From the NCBI RefSeq assembly GCF_006345805.1, contig NC_043000.1, positions 114,824,001 to 114,888,000 of the forward strand: DNA of 64,000 nt. Reading direction: 5' to 3'. Source of the stretch: Octopus sinensis (taxonomy: Eukaryota). Of this stretch, positions 48,615 through 62,844 are shown one piece after another. The position numbers and the translations under genes are program-made. The stretch's first letter is position 1. The number at the start of each line of letters is the position of its first letter. A model generated the notes under the pieces. It ran no database searches and was not told where the DNA came from. It saw only the letters and a list, made by a program, of their open reading frames with translations.

Positions 48615-51600
48615 CAAGGATTTGGTCGGCCCAAGTCTATAGTAGAAGACACTTGCCCAAGGTGCCATGCAGTGGGACTGAACCTGGAACCATGTGGTTG
48701 GTAAGCAAGCTACTTATCACACAGCCACTCCTGCACCTATAGTATGTAATGCATATATATATATATATATACACACACACATATATACGACGGGCTTCTT
48801 TCAGTTTCCGCCTACCAAATCCACTCACAAGGCTTTGGTCGGCCCGAGGCTATTAGTGGAAGTCACTTGCCCAAGGTGCCATGCAGTGGGACTGAACCCA
48901 GAACCATGTGGCTGGTAAGCAAGCTACTTACCACACACCCACTCCTACGCCTACACAATTTGTTGTTTGATCTTTACGATTGATCATAGTCCTTGCCTTT
49001 CCTACTCAAATGGTAGCACAGAGAATTTGCTTATATGGCAGTTAGTTAATGACTAATTACTGTTTTGGATAGCGAAATTAGTGTGTTGTACTTTAGACAG
49101 CTTGTCACTAATTAAATAATATACAGTTATGCACAACATAGCAATTAAACAATATATATTTATGTCCAGTGTAGCATGAATCAGATACACCAGATTAAAT
49201 TCAAGCATTTTTAGAAAGCTTTTGTTCTGAAATTAATTATATGTAATTGCATATCTACATATATACATAAACTAGGATTTTCAGAAAGAGAAATTGAGTG
49301 GCTAATTCGTACATTACAAGTCCAATCTGTGAGTGGAACAGTAAAAATATGCAAAACTTTTCTTAAGTTTGAAATGTGAATTTATCTGTGTTAACTACTT
49401 CCTAAAGATGGGGCCGTGTATCTTTGTTAGAAACTGGCTCCCTCCTCAGTGGAAGATTTATAATAATTGAAAAATGGAAGAGACATACATATAAACATGC
49501 ATGCATACATTCATACATACTTTACATACATAACAACATAAATGATATATAAACATATGCATATATACATACATATATGTACATACCTACATCTATATAT
49601 ATACATGCATATATGGGTACAAGACATCAAAAAAACGTTGAACACAATGAGAAACGAAAACATAAAAGCAAAAACATGGAAATGAACTTTTTTTCAAACA
49701 ACAAAAAAAGCAGAGTACAAGACATACAACACAAGGAATATTCCTCTTCTTCAGTTGTCCCTGTTTCATCTACTTCGCGTTTAGAAGGTAAGGACAAAAC
49801 GTAACTTCATTGAAACAGTCCTTCCCACAAAGCAAATTTTGGATTTTTTGCGTAGGGGTAAAAGTGGTAACAAGAACAGGACAATAAAAACAATACAAAT
49901 AAAAACAGTGAAGGACAGGACAAGGAGAATAACACAGTAAAAACAAATGATGAGGGTTGTTAAGCCAAGATGATGGAAAAATTATTTTGAACGTATTGAA
50001 GAAACAGCTTATGAGAAGGACAGGATAAGCCATCTTGACTCGCTGAAGATAGCAGTCGGAAAGATATATACATATATGTGAGTGTGTGTATGGAAAAAAA
50101 TATTAAAATGAAAATTATTAATATGAAATTGCTTTTTTTAAAGCAGATTAACACAAAATGTCATGAAAGGAAGTCTTTTGTCTCTGCTTTTCAAACACAC
50201 ATTATAAGAAAATTTGTATAGGAATACTTTGTAACAGGTGCATTTGAAAAGCTCAGAGCTGCAGAAAGCGCCTAAACAAATACTTCCCTCCATCAGATGT
50301 GTGTTAATCAGATTCTTCCAAATTCAGTGGAATTATTAGAATAGTGGGTGGAGTGTCATGTAAAACTGTCCTGCCTTTTTGTGCTTGGAATGCAACGTCT
50401 GTGCCAGCAGGCGCCAAGCTGCATTAGCCTTTGTCATTCTTCTGGATAACATTGGTACCATAATGAGGCATATATTTATGGGTGTGGGGAATAGTGTGTC
50501 TTCTGTAAATAAAAAAAAAAAAGAAAAAACATCTTGCTCCAGCCTATACTTTAGAGGGGAACTTTTCAGGTGTGAATTCATGGTCATACAAGACTCCAGA
50601 GATAGTCTGAAGAACTATGATTCTGTTCTTTGATTGAATTCTTCTGTCCTGGTCTGAGATTATTTATTTAAGGCTTTCCTCATTTTTAAAGAGATCAAAA
50701 GCTTTCCTGCCTTTAGAATTGAAAAAATTGAGGTGATAACGGTGTAGGGGGAGGGAGATATTCCCATATGAACAGAAGCGGGAGAGAAGGGAGATGAAAG
50801 AGCTTTGGTGGAGAGCTGTGATGGTAAGGGTGATAGTTGTAATGGTGGTGGCAGTGGTGTTGGTGGTTATGCTGCTGCTGCTACTGCTACTGGTAGTTTC
50901 ACTGTCACATGTTGACATATTGACATAAGATTTTTAAGTGTGTAGGGGTTTGGCAAGTGAGATATATTTAGTGGTGATGGTCGTGGTAATAGTAGAGAGG
51001 CAATGAGTGTTGTTTGTAATTGTTATGGTGGTGGGGGGTATTGATGGTGGAGTTAAAAAATGGTAGTGGGTGGGGTGGGAACCATTATGAAGGAGTTACT
51101 TGTGGTGGCAGTGGTGGTGGTGGTGGTTATGGAAAATGATTGTAAAAGTTGTCATGGCAGTGGTGATGATGATGACAATGATAGTGGTGGTGGTGTCAGA
51201 TGGTGAGAATGGACTTGTGTGTGACGATGGACAGGATGATAGCAGTGCCCCCCTCTTGTACCCTATCACCCTCCCCCCCAGTAACATCTAGCCTCGGTAC
51301 GGGGAGGGAAGAAGAAAGCATGTAAATTATTGCAAAAATTATGATGGAATCCATTTTACATTGTTGAGAAGGGAAAAGACAGAAAATTTTGTGTAAAGTT
51401 CGTTAAGTGTAGATTAACTTAAAACAGCTTCCCAGCAAAAATAGCTGATCTCAGAGTTAATCTGCTGCTGAGTTTCTCAATGTTTTTGACTTTGTGGAAC
51501 ATTGCGGACCAAGTAGAAAATTACTGACATACTTTGCATGGAATGTTGACATATATGAAAGGCACAAACATGGCTGTGTGGTGAGAAGTTTGCTTCCAAC

Positions 51601-51931
51601 AAACCATATGGCTCTGAGTTCAGTCCCACAGCATGACATCTTGGCACGAACTGGCAGAAACGTTAGCACGCTGGGCAAAATTCTTAGCCGTATTTCGTCT
51701 GCCACTACATTCTGAGTTAAAATTCCACCAAGGTCGACTTTGCCTTTCATCCTTTCGGGGTCGATTAGAAAAGTACCAGTTGCACACTGGGGTTGATATA
51801 ATCGACTTAATCCGTTTGTCTGTCCTTGTTTGTCCCCTCTGTGTGTAGCCCCTTGTGGGCAGTAAAGAAAAATAACTTAGGACAACCGAAGCCTTGTGTG
51901 AGTGGATTTCATATATGGAAACTGAAGGAAC

Positions 51932-51973
<42 letters not shown>

Positions 51974-52224
51974 ATTGCCCTCCATCACTGCTTCACAACC
52001 AGTATTGGTCTGCTTACCTCCTCGTAACTTAGTGGTTCAACAAAAGAGACTGATAGAATAAGTACCAGGCTTTAAAAAATTAAGTATTAGGTACAATTCA
52101 TTCAACTAAAAATTCGGCAAGGTGGTGCCCCAGCATGGTCACAGTCTAATGATTGAAATAAGTAAAAGATAAAAGAAACGCATGCACACACACATATATG
52201 TATGTATGTATACATGTATATATA

Positions 52225-52305
<81 letters not shown>

Positions 52306-52922
52306 ACAGACAAGCAAACAGACTGATATGTAGACATATATAACAAATTGCTTAATGAAAAGACAACAAAAGAACACAGAAAACGGAAAAACACACAAAA
52401 GTTATTAACATGCTTACCCCTCATCATTTATTGAACAAAAATCATCACAATTTTGACACCTTATCAATAATATTGTTCAGTTTGGTATCACTAATAGAAT
52501 GCTGCTGGCGTACAAATGAACAATAACAATGGACAAGAAATGATAAAAAATTAATAAAGACAAGAGGTGTAAATTTACTTTACACTTTGCGCGTTAATTA
52601 TTTCCCTGTCCCTGATGAGATCTAGTTAAATTCTCTATATCAGGTTGAGCAACTGTGTAGAATCTACACAGCTGCTCAACCTGCTAGAAATAGCAGCTCA
52701 CTATCTTTACTCTTTTACTTGTTTCAGTCAATTGACTGTAGCCATGCTGGAGCACCGCCTTTATTTGAGCAAGTCATCCCTAGAAGTTTTTCTTTGTAAG
52801 CCTAGTACTTATTCTATTGGAAGCTTTTGCCAAACTGCTAAGTTATGGAGATATAAACACACCACCATCGGTTGTCAAGCGATATTGGGGGGACAAACAC
52901 AGACACATAATCATGTACACGC

Positions 52923-52953
<31 letters not shown>

Positions 52954-54269
52954 CGACAGGCTTCTTTCAGTTTCCGTCTACCAAATCCACTCACAAGGCT
53001 TTGATCAGCCCGAGGCTATAATAGAAGACACTTGCCCAAGGTGCCACACAGTGGGACTGAACCCAGAACCATGTGGTTCATAAGCAAGCTACTTACCACA
53101 CAGCCCCTCACATTTTATTTTAATAACCATCACTAGATTTATCATGCATAATATAATTACCACTAGAGGTAAAATCTATTATGTTAATTATGTTATCTCA
53201 CCATACTCTAAAGCCTAATGCCCCCTTTAACATGCCCAGTGCCTCCTTGAGGGCAGTACTGCCTACATTGAGCACTTCTGCTCTAGAGGTTGCTTAGGGT
53301 GGACAGTGGGTTGGATAATACAACTATAAAAAGTACTCAGTAACCTTAGATGTAACATATAAGTGTGTGCACACGTGTGTATGAATATGTGTTTATGTGT
53401 ATGTATGTGTGTGTGAGTGTGTGTGTATGCATGTGTTTGTGTTAGTATGTATGTGTGTGTGTGTGTATGAATGTGTGTGTATAAATGTGTGTGTGAATGT
53501 GTATGTGTGAGTGTATGAATGTGTGTGTGTATAAATGTGTGTGTGTGTATGAATGTGTGTCAGTGTGTGTGTGCATAAATGTGTGTGTGTAAGTGTATGA
53601 ATGTGTGTGTGTGTGAGTGCATGAATGTGTATGTATGTGTGTGTGTACATATGTATATATACTTGCATCCATGCCATGCATGAATGTATCAATACTGAAA
53701 AACAAATAAAAGAAAACAAAATAATAAAATTACACAAAAAAAACATTAGTGAAATGAGTGGGGAGACATTTGTACTAGTTTTTGAAATCAAAAAAACTAA
53801 AATCAGTTGAACTCTTTCAAAATTATAATATAACGACATATAATATATAGGCACAGGAGTGGCTGTGTGGTAAGTAGCTTGCTTACCAACCACATGGTTC
53901 CGGGTTCAGTCCCACTGCGTGGCACCTTGGGCAAGTGTCTTCTACTATAGCCTCGGGCCGGCCAAAGCCTTATGAGTGGATTTGGTAGAGGGAAACTGAA
54001 AGAAGCCCATCGTATATATATATATACATGTATGTATATGTTTGTGTGTCTGTGTTTGTCCCAACATCGCTTGACAACCAATGCTGGTGTGTTTACGGCG
54101 CAGTAACTTAGCGGTTCGGCAAAAGCTACCAATAGAATAAGTACTAGGCTTACAAAGAATAAGTCCTGGGATGGGGTCACACAGTCAAGTATTTGTATGT
54201 GTGAATGTAAATACGTATATGCATGAGTAAATACATGTATATGTATGCGTATACTTTATATTTATTCAG

Positions 54270-54313
<44 letters not shown>

Positions 54314-54499
54314 GTAATTATAAATTTTCTTTAAAAAAGCAGAGAAAGCATGGAAGTGCTCGAGTCAAACTTGAGATGCTAGACAGGTACAAGAGATACG
54401 GAGAAGAAGTTCAACTTAGGTGGACACATATATGGATTTAATATGATAGAATTTTCTAAAACATTCTCTGTATCTCTTATACTTATATAAATATATATA

Positions 54500-56385
54500 T
54501 CATCATCATCATCGTTTAACATCCGTTCTCCATGCTAGCATGGGTTGGACGGTTTGACCGGGGATCTGGGAAGCCAGAAGGCTGCACCAGGCTCCGGTCT
54601 TATCTGGCAATGTTTCTACAGCTGGATGCCCTTCCTAACGCCAACCACTCCGTGAGTGTAGTGGGTGCTTTTTACGTGCCACCTGCACTGGTGCCAGACG
54701 AGGCTGGCATCGGCCATGGTCGGATTGGTGCATTTTACGTGCATTGTGCACAGAAGCCAGTCAAGGCGGCACTGGCTTCGGCCACGATTCGGATGGTGCT
54801 TTTTATGTGCCACCGACACGGAAGCCAGTCGAGGCGGCACTGACATCGGCCACGATTCGGATAGTGCTTTTTATGTATCTCCAGTCCAGGGGTCCTGGCA
54901 TCTGCCGGGTGCCAGTCATAGGATTGGTTCAATTTCGATTCCGATTTCGATTTCACTTGCCCCAACAGGTCTTCGCAAGCAAGGGGGGAGCGGTTGGCAT
55001 AGGTGCCTGTCGTCGGATGAGGTTCGATATCGACTTCGCTTGCCTCAACAGGTGTGTCCAAGGGAGGAAAGGCATGCATAAGTGGGCTGGACTCACTTGT
55101 CCTGCCTGGTCTTTTCACGCACAGCATATTTCCAAAGGTCTCGGTCGCTGGTCATTTCCTCAGTGAGACCTAAAGTTCAAAGGTCGACCTTCACCACATC
55201 GTCCCAAGTTTTCCTGGGTCTACCGCTTCCACGGGTTCCCTCCACTGCTAGGGATTAGCACTTTTTCACACAACTATCTTCATCCATTCTCGCCACATGA
55301 CCATACCAGCGCAATCGTCTCTCTTGCACACCACAACTGATGCTCCTTAGGTCCAACATTTCTCTCAGGGTACTAACGCTCTGTCGAGCATGCACACTGA
55401 CATTACACATCCATCGGAGCATACTGGCTTCATTTCTCGTGAGCTTATGCATGTCCTCAGCAGTCACAGCCCATGTTTCACTGCCATGTAGCATGGCTGT
55501 TCGTACACATGCATCATACAGTCTGCCTTTTACTCTGAGCGAGAGGCCTTTAGTCACCAGCAGAGGTAAGAGCTCCCTAAACTTTGCCCAGGCTATTCTT
55601 ACTCTAGCCGTTACACTTTCAGCACCCCCACCCCCACTACTGACTTGGTCACCAAGATAACGGAAGCTATCAACTACTTCTAGTTTTTCCTCCTGGAAAG
55701 TGACGGAAGTTGTTTTCTGCTGATTTTCAGAGGTTAATGCTCCCGAGCATCTGCCACATACAAAAACTATCTTCCCAGTTAGCCTTCCTTTGACATTGCT
55801 GCACCTCTTATGTGTCCATAGCTTACACTGGATACATCTTATAGAGTTTCTACCTACACCTTTTCTACAGATGGAGCAGGGCGATCTTCCTGAAGACATT
55901 TGTGGATTGTCTACCTTCTTACTTATTAGTACTTTGGTTTTAGCTAGGTTGACTCTAAGGCCCCTCGATTCTAGACCCTCCTTCCACACCTGGAACTACT
56001 CCTCCAGTTCTGATAGTGACTCAACAATTAGAGCAAGGTCGTCAGCATATAGGAGCTCCCAGGGGCAACCTGTCTTGAATTCCTCCGTAATTGCCTGGAG
56101 GACTATGATAAATAGGAGGGGGCTGAGTACTGAACCCTGGTGGACCCCAACCTCTAGTTTGAATTCTTCTGTGTACATGTCGCCAGCCCTAACCTTACTT
56201 ACGGCATCCCTGTACATGGCTTGCACAGCCCTCACCAGCCATTCATCTATCCCTAGTTTCCTCATTGACCACCAGATAAGGGATTGGGGGACCCTGTTAA
56301 AGGCTTTCTCCATGTCAACGAAAGCCAGGTACAGGGGCTTATCTTTGGCTAGGTATTTCTCCTACAGCTGTCTCACCAGAAATAT

Positions 56386-56388
<3 letters not shown>
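54500..56388 (-). mobile_element. 5'-truncated RTE LINE (~1.9 kb) flanked by (TA)n
   Basis: RT C-terminal half plus 3'UTR ending in (GAT)n. Confidence 0.95.
55093..56388 (-). pseudogene. RTE reverse transcriptase pseudogene with an internal PHD finger
   Basis: LAFVDMEKAFNRVP, GVHQGSVLSPLLF, LLYADDL, KTKVL, CSIC..CIQC..HKRC..CGRC, FRYLG, LHGSETW, RLRWYGHV; several stops. Confidence 0.93.
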
Positions 56389-56420
<32 letters not shown>

Positions 56421-56425
<5 letters not shown>

Positions 56426-56622
56426 ATCCAAACAAGAAAACACAAAAAAACGAGGACGTGGAACAAATATAGTATTATTGGATGCTCAGGAAAGAAGGGA
56501 AGAAGGAGGGTTTAACGTTTCGACCGGAGCTCTTCGTCGGGAACATAGGAGAAGGAAAGATCCTGAGAAGGGAAGACAGAGGAAAAAAATCGCCAACGGT
56601 ACACACGAGGTCACATTTTGAA
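56421..56622 (-). mobile_element. Solo pLTR-like element with a minimal hammerhead motif (56510-56544)
   Basis: Minus strand GTTC-CCGACGA-A-GAGC-TCC-GGTC-GAAA-CG-TT-AAAC; (TA)n on both sides. Confidence 0.65.
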
Positions 56623-57234
56623 ATATATATATATATTTCTGCCGAGGTTGACTTTGCCTTTCATCCTTTCGAGGTTGATAAATTAAGTACCAATTGCATA
56701 CTGGGGTCGATCTAATCGACTGGACGCCTCCCCAAAATTTCAGTCCTTGTGCCTAGAGTAGAAAAGTATATATATATATATATATAACGTGTAAGTTCAG
56801 TCCCACTGTGTGGCACCTTGGGCAAGTGTCTTCTACTATAGCCTCGGGCTGACCATAGCTTTGTGAATGGATTTGGTAGACAGAAACTGAAAGATTAAAT
56901 AAGTACCAGTTGAGTACTGGGGTCGATATGATTGACAAACCCTATCACTCAAATTTCAGATCTTATTCCTATAATAGAAAGGATTATTATTATGATTATT
57001 ATTATTATTGTTATTGTTATTAAAGTGTTGAGCTGGCAGATTGGTCAGCATGCCAGGTGAAATACTAAACAGTAGTTCTTCTGCCACTACTTTCTGAGTT
57101 CAAATGCCGCTGAGGTCAACCTTGCCTTTCATCCTTTTGGGGTTGATAAATTAAGTACTGATGAAACACCGGGGTCGATGTAATCTACTTACCCCTTCCC
57201 CCCAAATTTCAGTCCTTGTGCTAAAACAGAAACA

Positions 57235-57278
<44 letters not shown>

Positions 57279-57367
57279 CATTATTATTATCATTATCATT
57301 ATTATTATTATTATCATTATTATTATTATCATCATCATTATTATTGTTATTATCATTATTATTATTA

Positions 57368-57407
<40 letters not shown>

Positions 57408-57456
57408 CATTATTATTATCATCATCATCATCATCATCATTATTATTATTATTATT
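57235..57456. repeat. (ATT/ATC)n trinucleotide tract (tail of the family H element)
   Basis: Direct inspection. Confidence 0.95.
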
Positions 57457-57993
57457 GAGTGAGAGAGCAGTGCATGCCATCAATGTGACACTGGGGTAAA
57501 ATATACAAAGCCCAGTATACCCATCATGACTACCCGTCTGATAAGGGTACACTAGGAACATGCATCACAACCATATGTGCGCAACATGGTGATCTCATAT
57601 TAAGATAAACAGCACATGATCTTGCAGGTGGGGCCCACTTAGAATTTTCTTCTGGTCAAAAGGTCCCTGAATAAGGGTTGTTTAAGGATGTTGATCGAAT
57701 CACCCAAGTTTCGAGAGGTGAATTGTTCGAACCTCAAAGAATCCCTCTCAACACATGGCTATGATGCTCCCCAATTACTTCTACTCATGATCAGAGATGC
57801 ACATATTGTCAGCCACTAAGGGACATGGTCAACTGGTTAAGGTCTAACAACTGACAAGCAAATCTGTGGTATTGAGCAGAATATTTGCTATAGCCTTTTT
57901 TTTATACCAAGACAAAACAATGTACATGATAACACTTCCAATCAGTTAAGTTCAGAAGCCATGAGATCCACTGCCTGGTACTGCATCAAGGCG
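57457..57993 (-). mobile_element. Retroposon family H with (AAT)n tail
   Basis: 3' part shared with 10965-11162; the simple-repeat tail abuts at 57456. Confidence 0.7.
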
Positions 57994-58690
57994 TTGTTGT
58001 TGTTGGTGGTGGTGGTGTTGTTGTTGTTGTTGCAGTGAGCTAACAGAATCATTAGCATATCAGGCAAGATGTTTAGCAGCATTTCATGCCTTTACATTCT
58101 GAGTTCAAATTCTCCTGAAGTCAATTTTGCCTTTCATCCTTTCAGGGTTGATAAGATAAGTTCTTGTCAATCACTGAGGCCAATGTAATCAACTAACCGC
58201 CTCCCTGAAAAATTCAGGCCTTATGCCTATAGTAGAAAGGATTATTATTATTGTTTTTATAGTTGTTGTTGTAATTTAATCCATAATTATAGATGGATAA
58301 TCAGTATAGCTGACACTCCAGGGATTATTATCAGTACAATGTGATATCTGAAAGCTGCTTAACCTAGTTTCAATAGTAATGTCTATGTTCGGATTATCTT
58401 GGCAAGAGAACATGTGCCTAATCGATCCATTTGAAAGGAGCTTCCAAGATGACCACATCATTGATGTTGTTGTTGTTGTTCAGAAGTAGCTCAACCGGAA
58501 TTTGTCAAATTTATATCCCAAACCATTCCAGGAATGACAATCCATTTGTGGGCAGCAGTTCAGTTTATCTTGCTCTCAATCATTTGTTGTGTTGTATTTT
58601 TTATGAAACTACTTCAAATTTCAAATTGAAAATAAAACATTATATGAGGAAATGAATTGGAAAAAGACTCATATACATATATATATATAC

Positions 58691-58802
<112 letters not shown>

Positions 58803-59349
58803 ATATAAAATAAGTGGAGGTGCAATGGCCCGGTGGTTAGGGCAGCGGACTTGCCGTCGGAGGATCACAATTTTGATTCCCAGACCATTGTGTGTGTTTG
58901 TTGAGCGAAAATACCTAACGCTCCATGAGGCTCCAGCAGAGGGTGGTGGCGACCCCTGTTGTACTCTTTCATCCCAACTTTCTCTCATTCTTTCTTCCTG
59001 TTTTTGAGTAACGCTGCAATGGACTGGCATCCCATCCAGCTAGGAGGAACACATACGCCATAGAAACCAGGAAACCGGGCCCATGAGCCTGGCTAAGCTT
59101 GAAAAGGGCACATAAATAAAAAACATATATATATATATAATAATAAAGGGTAAAATTAATTAATTAATAATTAATAATTTTACCAACTAGTTCAGTATGT
59201 TAAAAAAACCATTATCGGTAAACTTATACATAAATTTTTGTAATTATGAGTATAATTATAATTAGGGTTCAGCAAAATTTGCTTCACCACATACTGAAAT
59301 TTAGAAACAGCAGTTAAACACTACTATTCTACTACTATAAGATATCTTA

Positions 59350-59650
59350 TAGTGCTATGCTATGCTCGCAAGCGGAACACTTTAGAGATTGCTGTAGGGA
59401 TTCTCTTACTGCTGCCACATTTCCTGGAGTTTTAACAGTCCTAGGTCTGCCAGGTGAATTTCTTTTCAGTGTGAATCCAGTTGCCTGAAGGTTAGAAATC
59501 TAAAGCAAGATCATATTCTGATCTGGCACAGATGCATTTAGACCGAGCACAAAGTGTCTATCTATGGAATGTTCCCAGTGAGGATATGGATTGGTTGTTT
59601 TCATAATACGCTTGAACAACAGACCCATGATGTTCACTGCTCAAACTCAT
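59350..59650 (-). pseudogene. Tc1/mariner-superfamily transposase N-terminus (DUF4817-type HTH), decayed
   Basis: MSLSSEHHGSVVQAYYENNQSI, then (frameshift) ..ISNLQATGFTLKRNSPGRPRTVKTPGNVAAVRESLQQS. Confidence 0.75.
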
Positions 59651-60936
59651 AAAGGGTTCTGAAAATGATAGAGAAATTGTTATAATAATTGTTAGAGAAA
59701 ATGGACATGACAGAGAAATTGTCATGATGAAAAAAATGAAAATGATAGAGCCTAACCTACCAAATGAGATCTATCCTGCCTCTCTATCTCAACAACAGCC
59801 TGTATAGTGCAAACTCCAAATGTAGGAGATCTTTGTGCCCCACCTTGTATGTGTGGGTATGCGTGTGTGGGAGTGTTGTGAGTGTGTGTGTGTATACACA
59901 CAAACGGTATTCTTTTCTACTCCAGGCAAAAGGCCCGAAATTTTTGGGAGCGGGGCCAATCGATTAGATTAACAACAGTATACAACTGGTACTTAATTTA
60001 TTGACCCCCAAAAGGATGAAAGGCAAAGTCGACCTTGGTGGAATTTGAACTCAGAACACAAAGACAGATGAAATACTGCTAAACATTTCGCCTGGTGTGC
60101 TAACGTTTCTGCCAGCTTGCCGCTTTTAAAATACTTATTTCTTTACTACCCACAAGGGGCTAAACACAGAGAGGACAAACGGATTAAGTCAATTAGATCA
60201 ACCCCAGTGAGTAACTGGTACTTATTTAATCAACCCCGAAAAAATGAAAGGCAAAGTCGACCTCGGTGGAATTTGAACTCAGAACGTAACTGCAGACGAA
60301 ATACTGTTAAGCATTTTGCCCGGCATGCTAACGTTTCTGCCAGCTCATCACCTTCTTTGCAAAAAATATTACATCTTCTTTGTGTGGCTGATACATTATA
60401 ACTACATAAGGCTGGTTAAAATCATTTTAATAGGTTAGTTTGTGATAGCTGCCATGAGAGAATCTCTCATATGGTTCTATGGTGCATATGAGCACTCTTA
60501 TTTACACTGCCAGCAAAAGACAATCACCACCATCCCCACTGCCAGGACTACCAGATCATGTGGCTTTGGCCTTGTTTCACCTTGTCATACATATATGCAG
60601 TATAAAGATACAGACTACAAACAGCTTCTTGCTTGGGGATGTCGGTCAAGGCAGGTTGTTAGAACATGCCTTGCAACATCAAACAGTCTTAAGACTCTGA
60701 GCACATGGTCTATTCAGTCTGTCAATCAAGACACAGGTACAAAAAAAACTCAGGAGAAAAAGAAAAAGAAACATGCAAAAACAAGTGGGAAGGTGAATAA
60801 AAAAGAAAAAAAAATCAGGAAAATTAGAGTTATGCCCCCTTGGACCGTAAGCCATAATTAAACTAGTGATTCATTATGTATGTATATTCTCTCTCTCTGT
60901 CTGTCTCTCTTTATATATATATCCTCTGTGTGTGTG

Positions 60937-60979
<43 letters not shown>

Positions 60980-61914
60980 ATTCTATATATATATGCATAT
61001 ATATATATTCTACATATATACATGTATGTATATATATATAGATAGATAGATAGATATGTAAATATTTATTTTAGTATATATGTGTGTGTGAGTGTGTGTG
61101 CATGGGCATAGTGTGTGTGTGTGGGGGGGTGCATGGGCATATGCATGTATGTGTGTGTGTATGAGTTAATCAGATGTGTATGTATGTGTTCAAGAGAAAG
61201 TGAATGCCTGAAGCTATTGAGTGCATGTACATTGTGTGTGTATATATATATGTGTGTGTGTGTGTGATCTTTTTTGTTTATGTATGTGTTTAAGACTACC
61301 AGACATAAGTATATTGTGTGTATATGCATGTGTACGAGTGTGTGTGCATGTCCCTATTTTCTGTTGTTATGTGTGTATGAAGCTATCAAACAATACAAGT
61401 ATGTGTGTATGTTTGAAGGTAATATGTGTATGTGTATTGCATGTGTATGGGTGCGTGTATATGTGTGTGAGGCTCTCTGATGTATGTGTGTGCTACAGGA
61501 GGATACGTGTGCCATACTGGGTCACAGTAGTGGTAGGTGTTAGGAAGTGTGGGATTGAAGTGTGGGTGCTAGTGTGTGTGTGAGGAGTAAGATGAAGGAG
61601 TATGTGTGTGTGGATGGTAGTATATATGAGGTATCAAGAAGAGTGTGCATGTGTGTGTATGGGTGTATGTGTATGTATGTATGTGTATGTATGCGTATGT
61701 ATGTATGTGTATGTATGCATATGTATGTATGTATGTGTATGTATGTATATGTATGTATGTGTATATATGTATGTATGTATGTGTCTATGTATGTATGTAT
61801 GTGTCTATGTATGTGTATGTATGCGTATGTATGGGTGTATGGCTGTATGTATGTGCTGTTTGAATGTAAATGACATGCATAATATTGGTAATAAATTAAA
61901 CGGTGCAGGGTAGG

Positions 61915-62270
61915 TATGCCTTTGAAGTGCTTTTCTTTCTGCCTTTTAAGTGCTTGCCTTCCACCAGCTTAATGTAAAAAAATCCCTTGAGGAGTCGCAT
62001 GTCAGGCATTCAAACAAGGTGGCGTGCCCACCTGCCCTGCACTTTCTTCAGCAGTCTGTAAACACTTGGCGGATCAGCTCAAGAGAGAACCTTATCTTAC
62101 CGGGTGATTTTCAACAGCTTTCTCATTTGGTATATGTCAATATGATTTAACTTTTTGGCATGGTATTTATAAACAACCCAAGTCTCGCAGGCATACAGTA
62201 GCATAGGTAGTACAACTGCTTGCGACACCTTGAATTTGGTGGCCAGCCTTATGCCTATCTTCTCCCACAT
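61915..62270 (-). pseudogene. Old RTE RT C-terminal fragment
   Basis: WEKIGIRLATKFKVSQAVVLPMLLYACETWVVYKYHAKKLN..MRKLLKI..RWARHLV. Confidence 0.85.
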
Positions 62271-62295
62271 AAATACATACATAAACACATACATA

Positions 62296-62474
62296 CCGTA
62301 CTTTAGCATGTATAAGGAACCCTTGTGTATAAGGAAGCCCCTAATTTTGGGGGCTTAAAATTTGGAATAAAGGTCTTGTAAGAGAGTATAATACTATCTA
62401 TGTATAAGAAACTCCTGTATTTTTTTAACCTAATTTTTGACAAAAAAGGGTTCCTTATACATGTTAAAATATGG
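62296..62474. mobile_element. pogo/Tigger-type MITE
   Basis: TA|CCGTACTTTAGCATGTATAAGGAACCC ... GGGTTCCTTATACATGTTAAAATATGG|TA. Confidence 0.85.
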
Positions 62475-62476
62475 TA

Positions 62477-62842
62477 CATACATTCATCCACATATACATA
62501 CATACATACATACATCCACACATACATACATCCACATATACATATATATACACATATACATACATACATCATAATACATACATAATCCACACTTACATAC
62601 ATCCACATATACATACATATATATACACATATACATACATACATCATAATACATACATACATCCACACGTACGTACATACACACATACATATATACACAC
62701 ATACATATATATACACATATACATACATACATCATAATACATCCATCCACACATACATACATCCACATATACATACATATATATACACATATACATACAT
62801 ACATCATAATACATACATACATCCACACGTACATGCATACAC
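62477..62842. repeat. Compound (CATA/CA/TA) minisatellite with higher-order units
   Basis: ACATATACATACATACATCATAATACA recurs four times. Confidence 0.8.
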
Positions 62843-62844
62843 AA

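Noticed and set aside
52595-52645. Perfect CTGATGA hammerhead core
   Set aside because: No GAAA/UH half follows stem II; truncated or chance.
57151-57561. Poly-Asn, poly-Leu and poly-Ile ORFs
   Set aside because: They derive from the (ATT/ATC)n retroposon tail.
60442-60861. 139-aa ORF in unique sequence
   Set aside because: No recognisable domain, non-ATG start, a poly-A-derived Lys run and weak splice sites.
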